A DNA stretch of 64,000 nucleotides. Source: Candidatus Poribacteria bacterium (GTDB lineage Bacteria; Poribacteria; WGA-4E; WGA-3G). This document shows, piece after piece, positions 10,365-21,385 of this stretch. The DNA lies in contig OZ244048.1 of NCBI GenBank assembly GCA_965215265.1, forward strand, positions 2,240,001 to 2,304,000. Reading direction: 5' to 3'. The notes under the pieces were generated by a model that ran no database searches, had not been told where the DNA came from, and was given only the letters and a program-made list of their open reading frames with translations. Within the stretch, counting starts at the first letter, position 1; each line of letters opens with the position of its first letter. The translations under genes were made by a program, and so were the position numbers.

Positions 10365-11546
10365 ATGAGCGAGCTGCGCGGTAGCCGGCATGTAACGAGG
10401 CCGAGCCCGCACCATAGGAGCGTGATTAGCATGAATTCTACGGGAGAACAGCGCCCAGCGGAAAATCCCCAGAATTATCCAGAATTCAGCATTGAGGACG
10501 TTAAGCAAGAACTTTACAAACGACATCATCCGAGTTTGACTTTTCTTGACATAGAGGCGCATGCCAAAACTATCCATAGGATACGAACTCTCAAGGCGAA
10601 ACATAACGTTGTAATGCTGGGCCACAACTACATGGAGCCTCTTGTTTTTGGCTTATCAGAAAAAGCGGAGCAGGGCGACTCGCTTGGGCTGAGTATGTAC
10701 GCCGCAAAGACTGATGGACAATATTTAATCTTTAACGGTGTGCCATTTATGGCGGAAACCGCCAAGATTTTGAGTCCGGAGAAAACTGTGTTGGTTGCAG
10801 ATAAGACAGCGGGGTGTTCCCTCGCGGATAATTTCGGTGCAGAGGATGTTAAGGTGTTGAAAGCGCTTTATCCCGGTGCGCCCGTAATGATTTACGTCAA
10901 CAGTTACGCTGACGCGAAGGCAGAATCCGATATCTGCTGTACCTCTGCCAATGCCGCACATATTGCGAAGTCGCTCCCAGGCGATACCGTAATCTTTGTG
11001 CCTGATATTTTCTTCGCGCAGAATTTGGAAGAAGAATTAAAGGGCCAAAAAACGGTGGTTTATCCGGGCAAGGATAACACTGCGCGTGGTGCGGTCTGCG
11101 AGGTTCACGAGCGTTTCACTTTGGGTGACCTGCTTGCGGTACGGGAGTCTTTTGAGATTCCGAAGGGGCATCCACATCGCAAACTGTACGCGCACTGGGA
11201 ATGCCGTCTTAACGTGCTTCAGGAGGCAGATTTCTACGGCAGTACGAGTCAGATAATGCGCGATATCGCGCATCGCGTTGCCGATGACCAACTTGAACGT
11301 GCTTTTGTGGCTTCCGAGTGTGAGTTGACCTCTAATCTTGCACAAGAATTTCCGCAAGTCCAATTTTGGACTGCCTGTTCGGTTCGATGTACGCACATGG
11401 CAAAAGTCAGTTTAGGCAAAATCGCGAACATTCTTGAGGCGATTGACCAAGGGGCAGACCTCAGTGAATTTGAAGTGACTCTGGACCCGGAGGTTACTGA
11501 AAAAGCGCGTGTGCCCATTGAGCGGATGCTTGAGATGAGCACTTGA
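10365..11546 (+). CDS. nadA: Quinolinate synthase
   Basis: HNY, GDSL, FMAETAKIL, AGCSLA, YVNS, CTSANA, CEVH and third Cys in CTHM; true start may be 10431. Confidence 0.92.
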   Translation: MSELRGSRHVTRPSPHHRSVISMNSTGEQRPAENPQNYPEFSIEDVKQELYKRHHPSLTFLDIEAHAKTIHRIRTLKAKHNVVMLGHNYMEPLVFGLSEKAEQGDSLGLSMYAAKTDGQYLIFNGVPFMAETAKILSPEKTVLVADKTAGCSLADNFGAEDVKVLKALYPGAPVMIYVNSYADAKAESDICCTSANAAHIAKSLPGDTVIFVPDIFFAQNLEEELKGQKTVVYPGKDNTARGAVCEVHERFTLGDLLAVRESFEIPKGHPHRKLYAHWECRLNVLQEADFYGSTSQIMRDIAHRVADDQLERAFVASECELTSNLAQEFPQVQFWTACSVRCTHMAKVSLGKIANILEAIDQGADLSEFEVTLDPEVTEKARVPIERMLEMST

Positions 11547-11918
11547 CAGACTCGGCGGATAATATTAAGCAAAAAAAATGTTTCGATTATAGAATCCCTC
11601 CCTCGGACTTTACTTCCACTGGCCCTTTTCGTCTCGCTTGTAGGGGAAAGGGGCCTGGTATTTGTATGAATTCGCCTTTTTACTCACCTGCGGCGATTTT
11701 AAGACACGTATTAGCCAATCAATATTTATAGATTTTATCAGTTTTTAAAGAAAAAGAAGATTGGAAGGTGCGTATCGCCATCAAGCGCTCGCTTTCAGCG
11801 TGCTTAGGATGGTGTGGTGGTGCGCAACCTTACCGCTTTGGAACAGAAAGTGCCATCGGGCGGTAAAAACGATATAGCGGTTTTTACCGCTTTTACCGCG
11901 TCCGTTTTGCGTTCAGGT

Positions 11919-12911
11919 TTAAAAGCGAGTGATGACAGAGACACGGTGCGCGTTGCCGACCTTGGTGTCAGGCACGAAGGCATAATCAAACTGGAAGTCT
12001 ATATTTGCGAGTGCGTCATCGCCGCTGCGTCTGACACCGAGCCCGAGTGCGAGTCCGTTACTCGGATTATCGTCTAGCCCGATGCGGTACCCGAGTCGGG
12101 CTGCGACAGCATCGTAAAACCATCGCTCAGTGCCGATGTGGAAGCTGGGTGATGCGTCAATGAGTGGGATTTTGGCATCTGCGCCGAATGCCCATATCTC
12201 GCGGGGTATCATGCTTTCCGCGTCCTCGGTCTGCTGTTCCCAGGTCCGGTAAGCGATGCCGGCACGGACTGCCATGGGCAGGTTTTCGCCGCCGTCTAAC
12301 ACGCCTGCATTTTGTACGGCAACACCGATACCGAGGTGGTTGTCTATTAAACGTAAAAGGACCCCGAGATCGGTAGCGACACCGTAGGAGTTCTGGATAT
12401 CCAGTTGCTGCGATATTAATTTGGCTGTCGCGCCGATTGACATGGCTGTCCCGATGGGGTAGGCGAGGGATAAACCGGTAGCGAATCCGCCTACCGTGAC
12501 GGTGCTTTCCGGTGTCTCAGTCGGGCTGTACCGTCGTTCAATTTCGGTGAAGCTGCCGAGGAAGCTCGCGCCCCAGACGAGTCGTTCTGCACGCTGTGCA
12601 TACCCGATGGTTTGGTTACTTATATCCGCAAAGGAGAAATGCTGCATAGCAGCCAATTCTCTATCCTGTACGGAAGTGAGTCCGGCTGGATTCCAAAAGA
12701 TGGTGTTGATGTCGTTAGCAAGCCCTGCGAAAGCGCCCCCCATTGCGACGGGGCGGCTTCCGCCTTCAATACTGAGGAATGCGGCCCCTGCGGTCCCGGC
12801 ACCGTCATGGATATTGACAGCCAGCGCGTTTTGGTTAAGGAGACACAGCACGCTAACTGAAAGGGTAACAAGGCATATTAGTAGTTTTTTTTGTCTGAAC
12901 AAGTTTTGCAA
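11919..12911 (-). CDS. PorV/PorQ-family outer-membrane beta-barrel protein
   Basis: FLSIEGGSRPVAMGGAF...IFWNPAGL N-terminal signature; C-terminal DYAF...HRVSVITRF. Confidence 0.8.
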   Translation of the reverse strand: MQNLFRQKKLLICLVTLSVSVLCLLNQNALAVNIHDGAGTAGAAFLSIEGGSRPVAMGGAFAGLANDINTIFWNPAGLTSVQDRELAAMQHFSFADISNQTIGYAQRAERLVWGASFLGSFTEIERRYSPTETPESTVTVGGFATGLSLAYPIGTAMSIGATAKLISQQLDIQNSYGVATDLGVLLRLIDNHLGIGVAVQNAGVLDGGENLPMAVRAGIAYRTWEQQTEDAESMIPREIWAFGADAKIPLIDASPSFHIGTERWFYDAVAARLGYRIGLDDNPSNGLALGLGVRRSGDDALANIDFQFDYAFVPDTKVGNAHRVSVITRF

Positions 12912-12973
12912 GATTTTTCTCCTATCCGAACGGAATTTGTGGTGTCAGAGCCCTCTATTAACTTTAGTACACG

Positions 12974-15900
12974 CTAATCAACAACGAGCAATTTGCCGAC
13001 AGTATTGGCGCGATTGCCGGTGGCATTGACTGCCTCTAGGCGGAAAACGTAAATTCCACGGGCAACCGGATTACCTGCCTGGTTCTCCAAGTTCCATTTT
13101 ATGAGCTGATCGTTGCGCTGCCCTGAGACGACATCCGGATACGTTTGCGACAGCACCATGTTCCCACTCCAATCGTAGAGATTCAAGGTGATTTCGACTG
13201 TTTCGCCACGTGGTACATTGACATCAAAGGAGAAGAAGGCGACATCACCTTTTGAAATGCGCAGCGGATTGGGCCAGCCAAAAGTCGGCTCCCGGAAGGT
13301 TAAGGAGACAGACATCGTAACCTTCCCGATATCGTAGATAGCGTAGTTGCCTGCGTTATCTGTGACACGGACATCCAAGTCGTATTCACCGGAACGTGCT
13401 GGCAGGAAATCGAGAGACCATCGGCTCCACAGTTCTTCTTCTGCATTGCTGTCGTCTGTAGCAAGCACCGGTTCGATCGGTTGGTTATCTGGTCCGGTGC
13501 CGATAATTTCAACAAGCCACACCCCGGATGCTGGTACCTGCTGTTCCCGTTCGCCGATTGCTTGTGTGCCGTTCGGGTCTGTCGCAGTTCCTTCAAGGAG
13601 GAATGGCTCATCTGTTAATTCCATTTCGCCCCCATCACTTGTTACGGTGGCTGTAGGGACGGTGGTTTCGTAAAGAAATTCGGTTGTGATGGAATCGGTT
13701 GGTGCAAACCCAAGGAATTCCGGATCATTTCCCTTCCCGGTTACCGTAACCTTGTATGGCCCTCGGATAGATAACCCTTCCGATTTGAAAACGAGAGTAT
13801 CGACGCCGTTCTGTTGGATGATGCCTGGGAGTTCTGCGCCGTCAGGTCTTCTGACAGTGATTTCGGACTGTGCCAGGTTGACGCCTAGTCCGGTGTCAGA
13901 TATTTTGGCTTGTATGACAACCCCGCCAGTGGCGGATGTGGCTGTGGGATAGTCAATTGCCTCGAGATCTACGAGGAGGGGTTCACCGTTGAGGAGGAGG
14001 GTACTCTCATCAATACGTGGTGGACTCAAATCGTAGGTGAACTGCTTCTGATACGGTTCATCAGTATTTCCTGCTCGGTCTTTGGGCGAGACAGTAATTC
14101 GATATTCGCCATCATTTGAGCCGTCATCGGCGAGTGGCACGGTAAGTTGGAATCTGAGTGTATCTGGTAGTACGTCGGAAATTTTTCCGGCAATTTTAGT
14201 GGGTGTGGGTGTGATTCGCTCAAGGGTTAACCATTCCTCATTGAGGTTATCCCAATCAATTCCGGAGGGGTTATCCGTGAGTTGCACGCGAATTTCAGTG
14301 AGTGAATTGTTCACACCGGGTTGCGCGACGACAAGTTGGATGTCTTCTATCTCAAGTTCCGGTGCTTGCGTATCATACGTAAACGTCAAGTGTTGAGCTT
14401 CGCCGGCGCGTCCTGATGCACTAACCGGTGTGAATTCAATGGTATAGATGCCGTCTTCGGAGCCGTCTTGCGCCAGCGGCCGTGCCAACTTATAGGTTAA
14501 GCGTGAGGGTTCTCGCTGTTGTTGCCCTGCGATGACTTTCGCCCCGGGAGCGAGTAACCGTACGGTGGAGAGGTGCCGTTCATCATCGGTTTCAAGTTGT
14601 AATTCTATCTGCTCAATTTGTTGATTGGTAAACGCGTCCTCATCCGGTGCGGTTACCGGTTCGGTAGAGATGACGGTTGGCAGTGTACGTGAGAGTATGA
14701 AACTGCGCTCAAACATCAAGTCACCGCCGTTGCCGGCTCTATCCATTGCACTGACGTGAATGCGATAGCGTCCATCTGCTACCAATGGATTCAGAGTGAG
14801 GGTGAGTTGTCCGTCATTGTCATTGCTGAGTTCCCCTGTTATTTCTCCGCCGTCGGGTGCTACAACAGTTAAGGTAGTAAGGGCGAAGTCGATCTGACTG
14901 CCGCCGGCATCGTTCAAATCGGCATGTACCTGTGTTATGTCATCTGTGAGAATATCGCCGTCGGCAGGGATAGTGCTGACAAGTTGTGGGGGCTGTGTAT
15001 CATAGACGAGCGGATACGTGGCGTTATGCGAATTACCTGCTTTGTCAATGAGCGCTACTGTGAGGCTATAGTTTCCATCGGCGCTTCCATCGGTTCCCAA
15101 GGGTTCGCTGAGCGTCAAAAAGAATTGACTTGTTCCGTCATTTGTTAGCACAGCTTCAAGTGGATTTCCAGCTGCGTCCAAGAATTTAACGTTCTGTTGG
15201 TTCAAAGCGAGTTGCGCGGGTCCGACATCTTCAACGGTGAAACTGAATTCTGCCCCGTTTTGTGAAAACGCTGCATTGAGGTAAGAGAGGGGTTGCCTGA
15301 GCGCAATGGGAGACGCTGCCGTGATGCGCGGTGGTTGTGTATCATAAACGAATTGCCGCAAGGCGACTTCGCCCTGCCGTCCTTCTTTATCAATAGGGGT
15401 TACCGCCACGGTGTATGTACCATCGGCTGTGCCATCTGTAGGCTGCGATAACGGTTGCCACATTAACTGGTTTTCGCCATCGTTTGTTGTGGTGCCGGGC
15501 ACAGGAAGTCCGCTAGCGTTTGTCACAGTGATGGTTGAACCTGAGTTACCAAAAGCCAATCCGGTACCAGACGGATCTTCCAAGGTGGCGATGACACCCG
15601 ATGCCCCGCCGTTGACGTATACGATACCGCCTACTTTGCCGTCAATTAGGACGTTGGTAACGCTGGGGAGTGCTAAATCCAGTCGGAACCGGTAGCTAAC
15701 GGCCCCTTGTGCACGATTTCCGGCTCTATCTTGGGGTGTGATGCTGAGCGTATAGTCGCCGATTACCTGTGGTGTGAAAAACTGAGCAGTAAGTTGTGCC
15801 TCACCATCATCGCTCAGGTTCAGCGGCAGTGACGCGTCATCTGGGCCCGTCAACTGAATTGTGGTATTGGCAAAATCCAGCTGGATGGCTTCTGTAAACT

Positions 15901-18900
15901 TAACGACAACTGAAAACTTATCAGGCTGGGCTTCCTCTCCGAAGTCGGTAATAATTTCGGTTTCTGTCGGCATCAGTTGGATTGTATCGTTGGGTGCAGT
16001 GCTTCTCCACAACGTAACGGTGTCAAGTTGTGGGGGCTGTGTATCATAGACGAGCGGATACGTGGCGTTATGCGAATTACCTGCTTTGTCAATGAGCGCT
16101 ACTGTGAGACTATAGTTTCCATCGGCGCTTCCATCGGTTCCCAAGGGTTCGCTGAGCGTCAAAAAGAATTGACTTGTTCCGTCATTTGTTAGCACAGCTT
16201 CAAGTGGATTTCCAGCTGCGTCCAAGAATTTAACGTGCTGTTGGTTCAAAGTGAGTTGCGCGGGTCCGACATCTTCGACGGTGAAACTGAATTCTGCCCC
16301 GTTTTGTGAAAACGCTGTATTGAGGTAAGAAAGGGGTTGCCTGAGCGCAATGGGAGACGCTGCCGTGATGCGCGGTGGTTGTGTATCATAAACGAATTGC
16401 CGCAAGGCGACTTCGCCCTGCCGTCCTTCTTTATCAACAGGGGTGACTGCCACGGTGTATGTACCATCGGCTGTGCCATCTGTAGGCTGCGATAACGGTT
16501 GCCATACCAGCTGATCGGTTCCTCTTACCACTGTAATCCCTGGTATTGGTATGCCATCAGCATTCGTGACATTGATTCTTGAACCGTCATTCTCAAATGA
16601 GAGCCCTGTTTCCGTAACATCTATGAAGGTTGCAACGATACTTGTGGCCCCTCCGTTGACGTAAACCAGAGCGCCGATTTCGCCATCAATTTCAACAGAA
16701 CTCACTTTAGGCACCCCAAAATTGAGTCGGAGCCTAAATGAGTAAACAAAAGGTTGGGTACTTGCATTTCCAAGGTAGTCTTGCGGATGAATGGATAAGC
16801 GATAATCGCCTGATGTCATGAGTGATAAGAAGGTGAGCGTTAAACTGGTTTTGTTGTCTTGTGTGACGTTAATCGCGATATCTGCTTCATCCGGTCCCGA
16901 GAGTGAAATCGCTGTATTGCTGATGTCAATATCCTCTGCTTCAAGTTCAAGGTTGACGGTGATACGTGAGAAGGTTTCTTCTATGACGGGTGAACGCTCT
17001 GTTTCAAGGAGCGTCGGTGTCGTTGTCAAAGCCGTAACGCGACTCACTTTAGGCACCCCAAAATTGAGTCGGAGCCTAAATGAGTAAACAAAAGGTTGGG
17101 TACTTGCATTTCCAAGGTAGTCTTGCGGATGAATGGATAAGCGATAATCGCCTGATGTCATGAGTGATAAGAAGGTGAGCGTTAAACTGGTTTTGTTGTC
17201 TTGTGTGACGTTAATCGCGATATCTGCTCCATCCGGTCCCGAGAGTGAAATCGCTGTATTGCTGATGTCAATATCCTCTGCTTGAAAGTTGACGGTGATA
17301 CGTGAGAAGGTTTCTTCTATGACAGGTACGTTCTCTACTTCAAGGAGCGTCGGTGTCGTTGTCAAAGCTTCGACGTTTGTAATCGGTGGAGATTGCGTAT
17401 CAACATTGAATGTGAAATTTTCTGTCCACTGCTGTCCGTTAAAATCAACAAAGGTGGCGGTTATCGTGTATTCTCCATCTGCTGAGCCGTCATCAGGTAG
17501 CAGCGTTTCTGTGTTCCATGTCAAGCGGTGGTTTGCTTCATCGGCCGGTGCGGTTGCTACGTTTCTGGGAACAACAACGCCATTAGGTCCTTTAACGACA
17601 AGCGTTGATTTTTCAAAATCGATACCGACACCGATATAATCGACGAGTTCAACTGCTGCAAATCCGGTGGCATCCGCTGTAAAACTATTGACTATAGTTG
17701 TTTCGGGGTGGATGAGGCGGATTTTGGTACGGGTTTGACTGACGAGAAAAAACGCTCGGCGTGCGGTTGCACCTTGGTTTCCAGCCCTATCAATAGGTGT
17801 GACTTCTATCACGTAGGTACCGTCATCAGAACCGTCTACTGCAAAGGGTGCCAGGACTGTCAGTGTGATACTTCCGGTTCCATTGCTCGTAATGTTGACG
17901 GGCACTTCTTCATCGTTATGTTTAAGTCTGAAGGTGCTCTGGATGAAGTCGATGCCGCTGGTTATCTCGTTGAGGTTGATTTGGACTTCAGCAAGCGATG
18001 AGACGTTCTGATTCGATGCTGGGACGGTTGAGACGAGCGTGGGAAGCTGCGTATCATAAATAAGTTGGAATTGGTGTGTTTCACTGTTTCCAATCGTGTC
18101 TGCCACGCGGACATTGAGTGTATAGTTTCCATCTTGACTTCCGTCTCTTAGCGTAAGAGGTTCGGTTAATATATAAGCGATGCGGTTGTTATTTTTATCA
18201 CGTAGCGTTCGGCCGGGGAGCACGTTAATACGGCCGTCGGCATCAGTAGTACCAAAGCGAATATTTGTAGGTTCTTCGAGTTGTATTCCGATGCCGCTCT
18301 CTTCAAAAGTGGCGATGATTTGGTTAATCGGCTGCGAGTAATAGACAGTATCCTGAAGCGGTGTAAACGCTGCTGCGCCTTCGTTCAGTGCCAGCGAGGT
18401 AATCTCAGGAGCTTTGTTATCGTAGACAAACGGAATTTGTAGAACTTCAGTGCTATTGCCGGCGTTATCGGTTCCGAGGATTTCTATGGTGTATTCGCCG
18501 TCGTAGATACCATCTTTCGCCAATAGAGGATTGAGGAAGTTCCACCGGAGCGTATTGGGTTTGGGCTGCGTTTGCCTACCTAATATGGCAGCATCATCAG
18601 GTCCTTTTAACCGGATGGTAGAATCTGACAAGTTTAAGCCATTGGGTAGGTTATCCTTTATCGTCGCTTCCACAAAGTTCATCGATTTGCTGACTCCGTC
18701 TCCTGCCCTTAAAGCGCCGTTGCTTGTGGCAACGCCGGTTAATGTCGGAGCAATGTTGTCAAAGACAAATGAGAGCGTTTGCGTGACTGTATTGCCAGCT
18801 TTATCTGCAACAGTTGAGTTGAGTGTGTAGGTGCCATTCTCTGATGCACTATCAAGGGGGTTACTCAGAGTGAATGTCAAGTCAGTGCCGTTGTCGCCAA

Positions 18901-19876
18901 AGGTGCCGCTCGCCTGTGCCTTGCGTTGCTGCCTCAGCCTTACTTCCGTGTTTACACTTGTGAAGTCAATCGCGGAACCGATCGATTCGCCTTTGTCGGG
19001 TGTTATTTTGATTGCGCGGATGGCTTGGTTAACAAATCTTCCGTTGATAAGTTCTATTTCGCCAGCATTGGTGATAGCCTTGATGCCGCCACTGGGAATC
19101 CGCGGTGGAACGGTGTCTATAGTGATTTGATCGGTTTGTGCTGTTTTTTCGTTTCCTGCTTTGTCAGTAATACGGAGTCTGAGGGTATAGATGCCGTCCG
19201 GTAGTCCTCTAAAGGATCGGCTACCGTCACCTCCGTCCCAGCGGTAGGTATGCCCGCCTTGTCCTTCGCGTAGTTGATCTGCTTGTCCGTATTCGGTGCC
19301 GCTGGCGGTTAGGAATTCCACTCTGCTTGTTTCTACAGTCTCGCTGAGGCTGTAGAAAACGTCTAACCTATCGAGGACACCATCCCGGTTAGGGGAGAAT
19401 ACCCTTTCCTCAGTTGTAATTGAAATCTCCGGTGGGGTTCTGTCTATAGTTACCTGTATTGTCGCCTCATCTCCAGTATCGGGCAGTGCCCCATTCGCAT
19501 CGCGCTCTCCAACTTCGATGCGAAGCGTATAGGTTCCTTCTGGAAGCGATACGTCTCCGACTTCCCCATTCCATGTGTGGGTTTTGATTCGATTCTCAGC
19601 TATCGTGCCGCTGAAGATTTGGGTGGCTGGTTCAACAATAATCTTGTAGGGTCCACTGGCTTCTGCATTGGTGGTGATAGTAATGCGCAACACCTGAGAA
19701 GTGCCGTTAAATATAGTATCACCATTTGCATCAGCTGCTATGGTTACGTCAGCTTGTGCCCAAAGGTTTGATGGCAAGATTGTGAGTAGTGTTAAAGAAC
19801 AAATTACAAAGATTGTAAGAGGCGAAACGATTGCCTGATGGCTTTGCACACTTTTATTAGTTTTATTTTTTCGCAC
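12974..19876 (-). CDS. 2300-aa surface protein with many Ig-like (Big) domains, an N-terminal FlgD-like domain and a T9SS type A-like C-terminal domain
   Basis: Signal peptide; repeated DG.Y.....D.AGN and YDTQPP motifs; FSPNRDG; C-terminal WPNP...YDWSGNMV...WNLENQAGNPVARGIYVFRL. Confidence 0.85.
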   Translation of the reverse strand: MRKNKTNKSVQSHQAIVSPLTIFVICSLTLLTILPSNLWAQADVTIAADANGDTIFNGTSQVLRITITTNAEASGPYKIIVEPATQIFSGTIAENRIKTHTWNGEVGDVSLPEGTYTLRIEVGERDANGALPDTGDEATIQVTIDRTPPEISITTEERVFSPNRDGVLDRLDVFYSLSETVETSRVEFLTASGTEYGQADQLREGQGGHTYRWDGGDGSRSFRGLPDGIYTLRLRITDKAGNEKTAQTDQITIDTVPPRIPSGGIKAITNAGEIELINGRFVNQAIRAIKITPDKGESIGSAIDFTSVNTEVRLRQQRKAQASGTFGDNGTDLTFTLSNPLDSASENGTYTLNSTVADKAGNTVTQTLSFVFDNIAPTLTGVATSNGALRAGDGVSKSMNFVEATIKDNLPNGLNLSDSTIRLKGPDDAAILGRQTQPKPNTLRWNFLNPLLAKDGIYDGEYTIEILGTDNAGNSTEVLQIPFVYDNKAPEITSLALNEGAAAFTPLQDTVYYSQPINQIIATFEESGIGIQLEEPTNIRFGTTDADGRINVLPGRTLRDKNNNRIAYILTEPLTLRDGSQDGNYTLNVRVADTIGNSETHQFQLIYDTQLPTLVSTVPASNQNVSSLAEVQINLNEITSGIDFIQSTFRLKHNDEEVPVNITSNGTGSITLTVLAPFAVDGSDDGTYVIEVTPIDRAGNQGATARRAFFLVSQTRTKIRLIHPETTIVNSFTADATGFAAVELVDYIGVGIDFEKSTLVVKGPNGVVVPRNVATAPADEANHRLTWNTETLLPDDGSADGEYTITATFVDFNGQQWTENFTFNVDTQSPPITNVEALTTTPTLLEVENVPVIEETFSRITVNFQAEDIDISNTAISLSGPDGADIAINVTQDNKTSLTLTFLSLMTSGDYRLSIHPQDYLGNASTQPFVYSFRLRLNFGVPKVSRVTALTTTPTLLETERSPVIEETFSRITVNLELEAEDIDISNTAISLSGPDEADIAINVTQDNKTSLTLTFLSLMTSGDYRLSIHPQDYLGNASTQPFVYSFRLRLNFGVPKVSSVEIDGEIGALVYVNGGATSIVATFIDVTETGLSFENDGSRINVTNADGIPIPGITVVRGTDQLVWQPLSQPTDGTADGTYTVAVTPVDKEGRQGEVALRQFVYDTQPPRITAASPIALRQPLSYLNTAFSQNGAEFSFTVEDVGPAQLTLNQQHVKFLDAAGNPLEAVLTNDGTSQFFLTLSEPLGTDGSADGNYSLTVALIDKAGNSHNATYPLVYDTQPPQLDTVTLWRSTAPNDTIQLMPTETEIITDFGEEAQPDKFSVVVKFTEAIQLDFANTTIQLTGPDDASLPLNLSDDGEAQLTAQFFTPQVIGDYTLSITPQDRAGNRAQGAVSYRFRLDLALPSVTNVLIDGKVGGIVYVNGGASGVIATLEDPSGTGLAFGNSGSTITVTNASGLPVPGTTTNDGENQLMWQPLSQPTDGTADGTYTVAVTPIDKEGRQGEVALRQFVYDTQPPRITAASPIALRQPLSYLNAAFSQNGAEFSFTVEDVGPAQLALNQQNVKFLDAAGNPLEAVLTNDGTSQFFLTLSEPLGTDGSADGNYSLTVALIDKAGNSHNATYPLVYDTQPPQLVSTIPADGDILTDDITQVHADLNDAGGSQIDFALTTLTVVAPDGGEITGELSNDNDGQLTLTLNPLVADGRYRIHVSAMDRAGNGGDLMFERSFILSRTLPTVISTEPVTAPDEDAFTNQQIEQIELQLETDDERHLSTVRLLAPGAKVIAGQQQREPSRLTYKLARPLAQDGSEDGIYTIEFTPVSASGRAGEAQHLTFTYDTQAPELEIEDIQLVVAQPGVNNSLTEIRVQLTDNPSGIDWDNLNEEWLTLERITPTPTKIAGKISDVLPDTLRFQLTVPLADDGSNDGEYRITVSPKDRAGNTDEPYQKQFTYDLSPPRIDESTLLLNGEPLLVDLEAIDYPTATSATGGVVIQAKISDTGLGVNLAQSEITVRRPDGAELPGIIQQNGVDTLVFKSEGLSIRGPYKVTVTGKGNDPEFLGFAPTDSITTEFLYETTVPTATVTSDGGEMELTDEPFLLEGTATDPNGTQAIGEREQQVPASGVWLVEIIGTGPDNQPIEPVLATDDSNAEEELWSRWSLDFLPARSGEYDLDVRVTDNAGNYAIYDIGKVTMSVSLTFREPTFGWPNPLRISKGDVAFFSFDVNVPRGETVEITLNLYDWSGNMVLSQTYPDVVSGQRNDQLIKWNLENQAGNPVARGIYVFRLEAVNATGNRANTVGKLLVVD
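14980..16505 (-). repeat. Near-identical intragenic duplication of ~480 bp (about 14980-15460 and 16023-16505)
   Basis: DNA and peptide (WQPLSQPTDG...YDTQPPQL) repeated almost verbatim. Confidence 0.9.
16701..17368 (-). repeat. Tandem intragenic duplication with period ~342 bp
   Basis: ctcactttaggcaccccaaaattgagtcgg begins at both 16701 and 17043; identical peptide AEDIDISNTAISL...NFGVPKVS. Confidence 0.9.
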
Positions 19877-20377
19877 TGATTTCTCCCTGGCACTAAATAT
19901 TAAACTATGAGAATCTTAATAAGCAAGCCCATATAGTAAAGCATTTTTATTTGTAATTAGACGCAAAACACTCGATTAGGTTGAGAAAAAATATCAATTT
20001 TCGATACCGGTTCTCAACGAAAATAAGGGCGTAAAATCAAGTATCTTCGCTCTCTAAAGTCTGTAAGGTTAAAAGCGGGATTGCCTAAGTCGGTTTGGGT
20101 GCTTTTCTTGATGCGAGGCAGCGGTCTGAACCGTCTCCAATTCAGACCTGCAGATCGAAGCGTTAGGGTAGCGTGGCCATTGCCCGCCTCCATCGTTTGC
20201 ACCCGTTTCAAACGTTATCGAACGCCAAATACGGTTTGGGTTGGTATGCCTACTGTAAAAACGGATAATTCAAAAGGTTTCTGACGAGTTCTATTGAGTA
20301 AAATTGATACGGTGATTCGACCGGCTTTGATTCGCAATATCGAATCTGTAGGCAAAAATCGCCTTTACCTGGATTTT

Positions 20378-21385
20378 TTAAGTTCCGATATCCCGATTTG
20401 CAAGCATCGTCAATAGCGCGGAATCGTCTACCGTTAGTGGTAAATTAATTTTTGCGCGCTGACGGCTGGACTGATATGTGGCAAAAATGAGCTCAGTTGC
20501 CTGAATTGCCTTGCGGCCGCTCAGTTCGGGCTCACGTCCTGTCTTTATTCCATGAATCAAGTCGAGAACAGAGAGCACTGTTGCGTCGCGTTCCGGTGCC
20601 AGGCCGCTTAGCTCAGGTTGTTCCCATTGATTTGAACCTTCGCGTAAAATTCGGATAGGCGTGCCACCGCCGACATCAATAATACCTTTTGTGCCGATGA
20701 GTCGATTTGAAAACCCACTTAATGCGGTTCCGCCGGTGGCGAGTAGGCCTTCTACGCCGTTTTTCCAGCGAATCCACGATAGGCCGCTGGTTTCAACTTG
20801 AACGCCGAAAACAGTTTTCTCTTCTGCTACATCTATTTGACCGATAACCCAGTCAACAAGTTCGTCATTATTATAAAAAAAGAACATGTCAAACCAATGT
20901 GTTCCCCAATCAAGTAGATTTGGACAGGCTGCTTCGAGCCGGCGCAATTCACCGATCGCGCCCTCGTTTGCCAACCGTTTTGCCTTCACAAACTGCGCGC
21001 CGAATCGACGTTGATGACAAAAGGTTATCACAACGTTGTTATCGACACAAGCTTGATAGAGTGCTTTCGCATCGCCCCAGGTGGGTGCCATCGGTTTTTC
21101 ACAGTGAATTGCCCGAATGCCGCTATTTGCGGCAGCGATGACCATCTCCTTATGAAGTTCTATCCACGTACAGACACTAACAAAATCCAGAGATTCTTGC
21201 GTAAGCATCTCATGGTAATCTTGATAAGTCCTCGCGACATCAAATTGTGCCGCGAAGGCATTTCTTGCATCTTCTACTGGATCCGAACAAGCGACTATCT
21301 CAACATCTGGAGAGGCTTCGTACCCACGAGCATGGCTACGGCCACGCCCACCACATCCGATAATACCTGCTTTAAAAGTTGCCAT
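20378..21385 (-). CDS. Gfo/Idh/MocA family oxidoreductase
   Basis: IIGCGGRG, CEKPM, HQRRF, DWGTH. Confidence 0.9.
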   Translation of the reverse strand: MATFKAGIIGCGGRGRSHARGYEASPDVEIVACSDPVEDARNAFAAQFDVARTYQDYHEMLTQESLDFVSVCTWIELHKEMVIAAANSGIRAIHCEKPMAPTWGDAKALYQACVDNNVVITFCHQRRFGAQFVKAKRLANEGAIGELRRLEAACPNLLDWGTHWFDMFFFYNNDELVDWVIGQIDVAEEKTVFGVQVETSGLSWIRWKNGVEGLLATGGTALSGFSNRLIGTKGIIDVGGGTPIRILREGSNQWEQPELSGLAPERDATVLSVLDLIHGIKTGREPELSGRKAIQATELIFATYQSSRQRAKINLPLTVDDSALLTMLANRDIGT

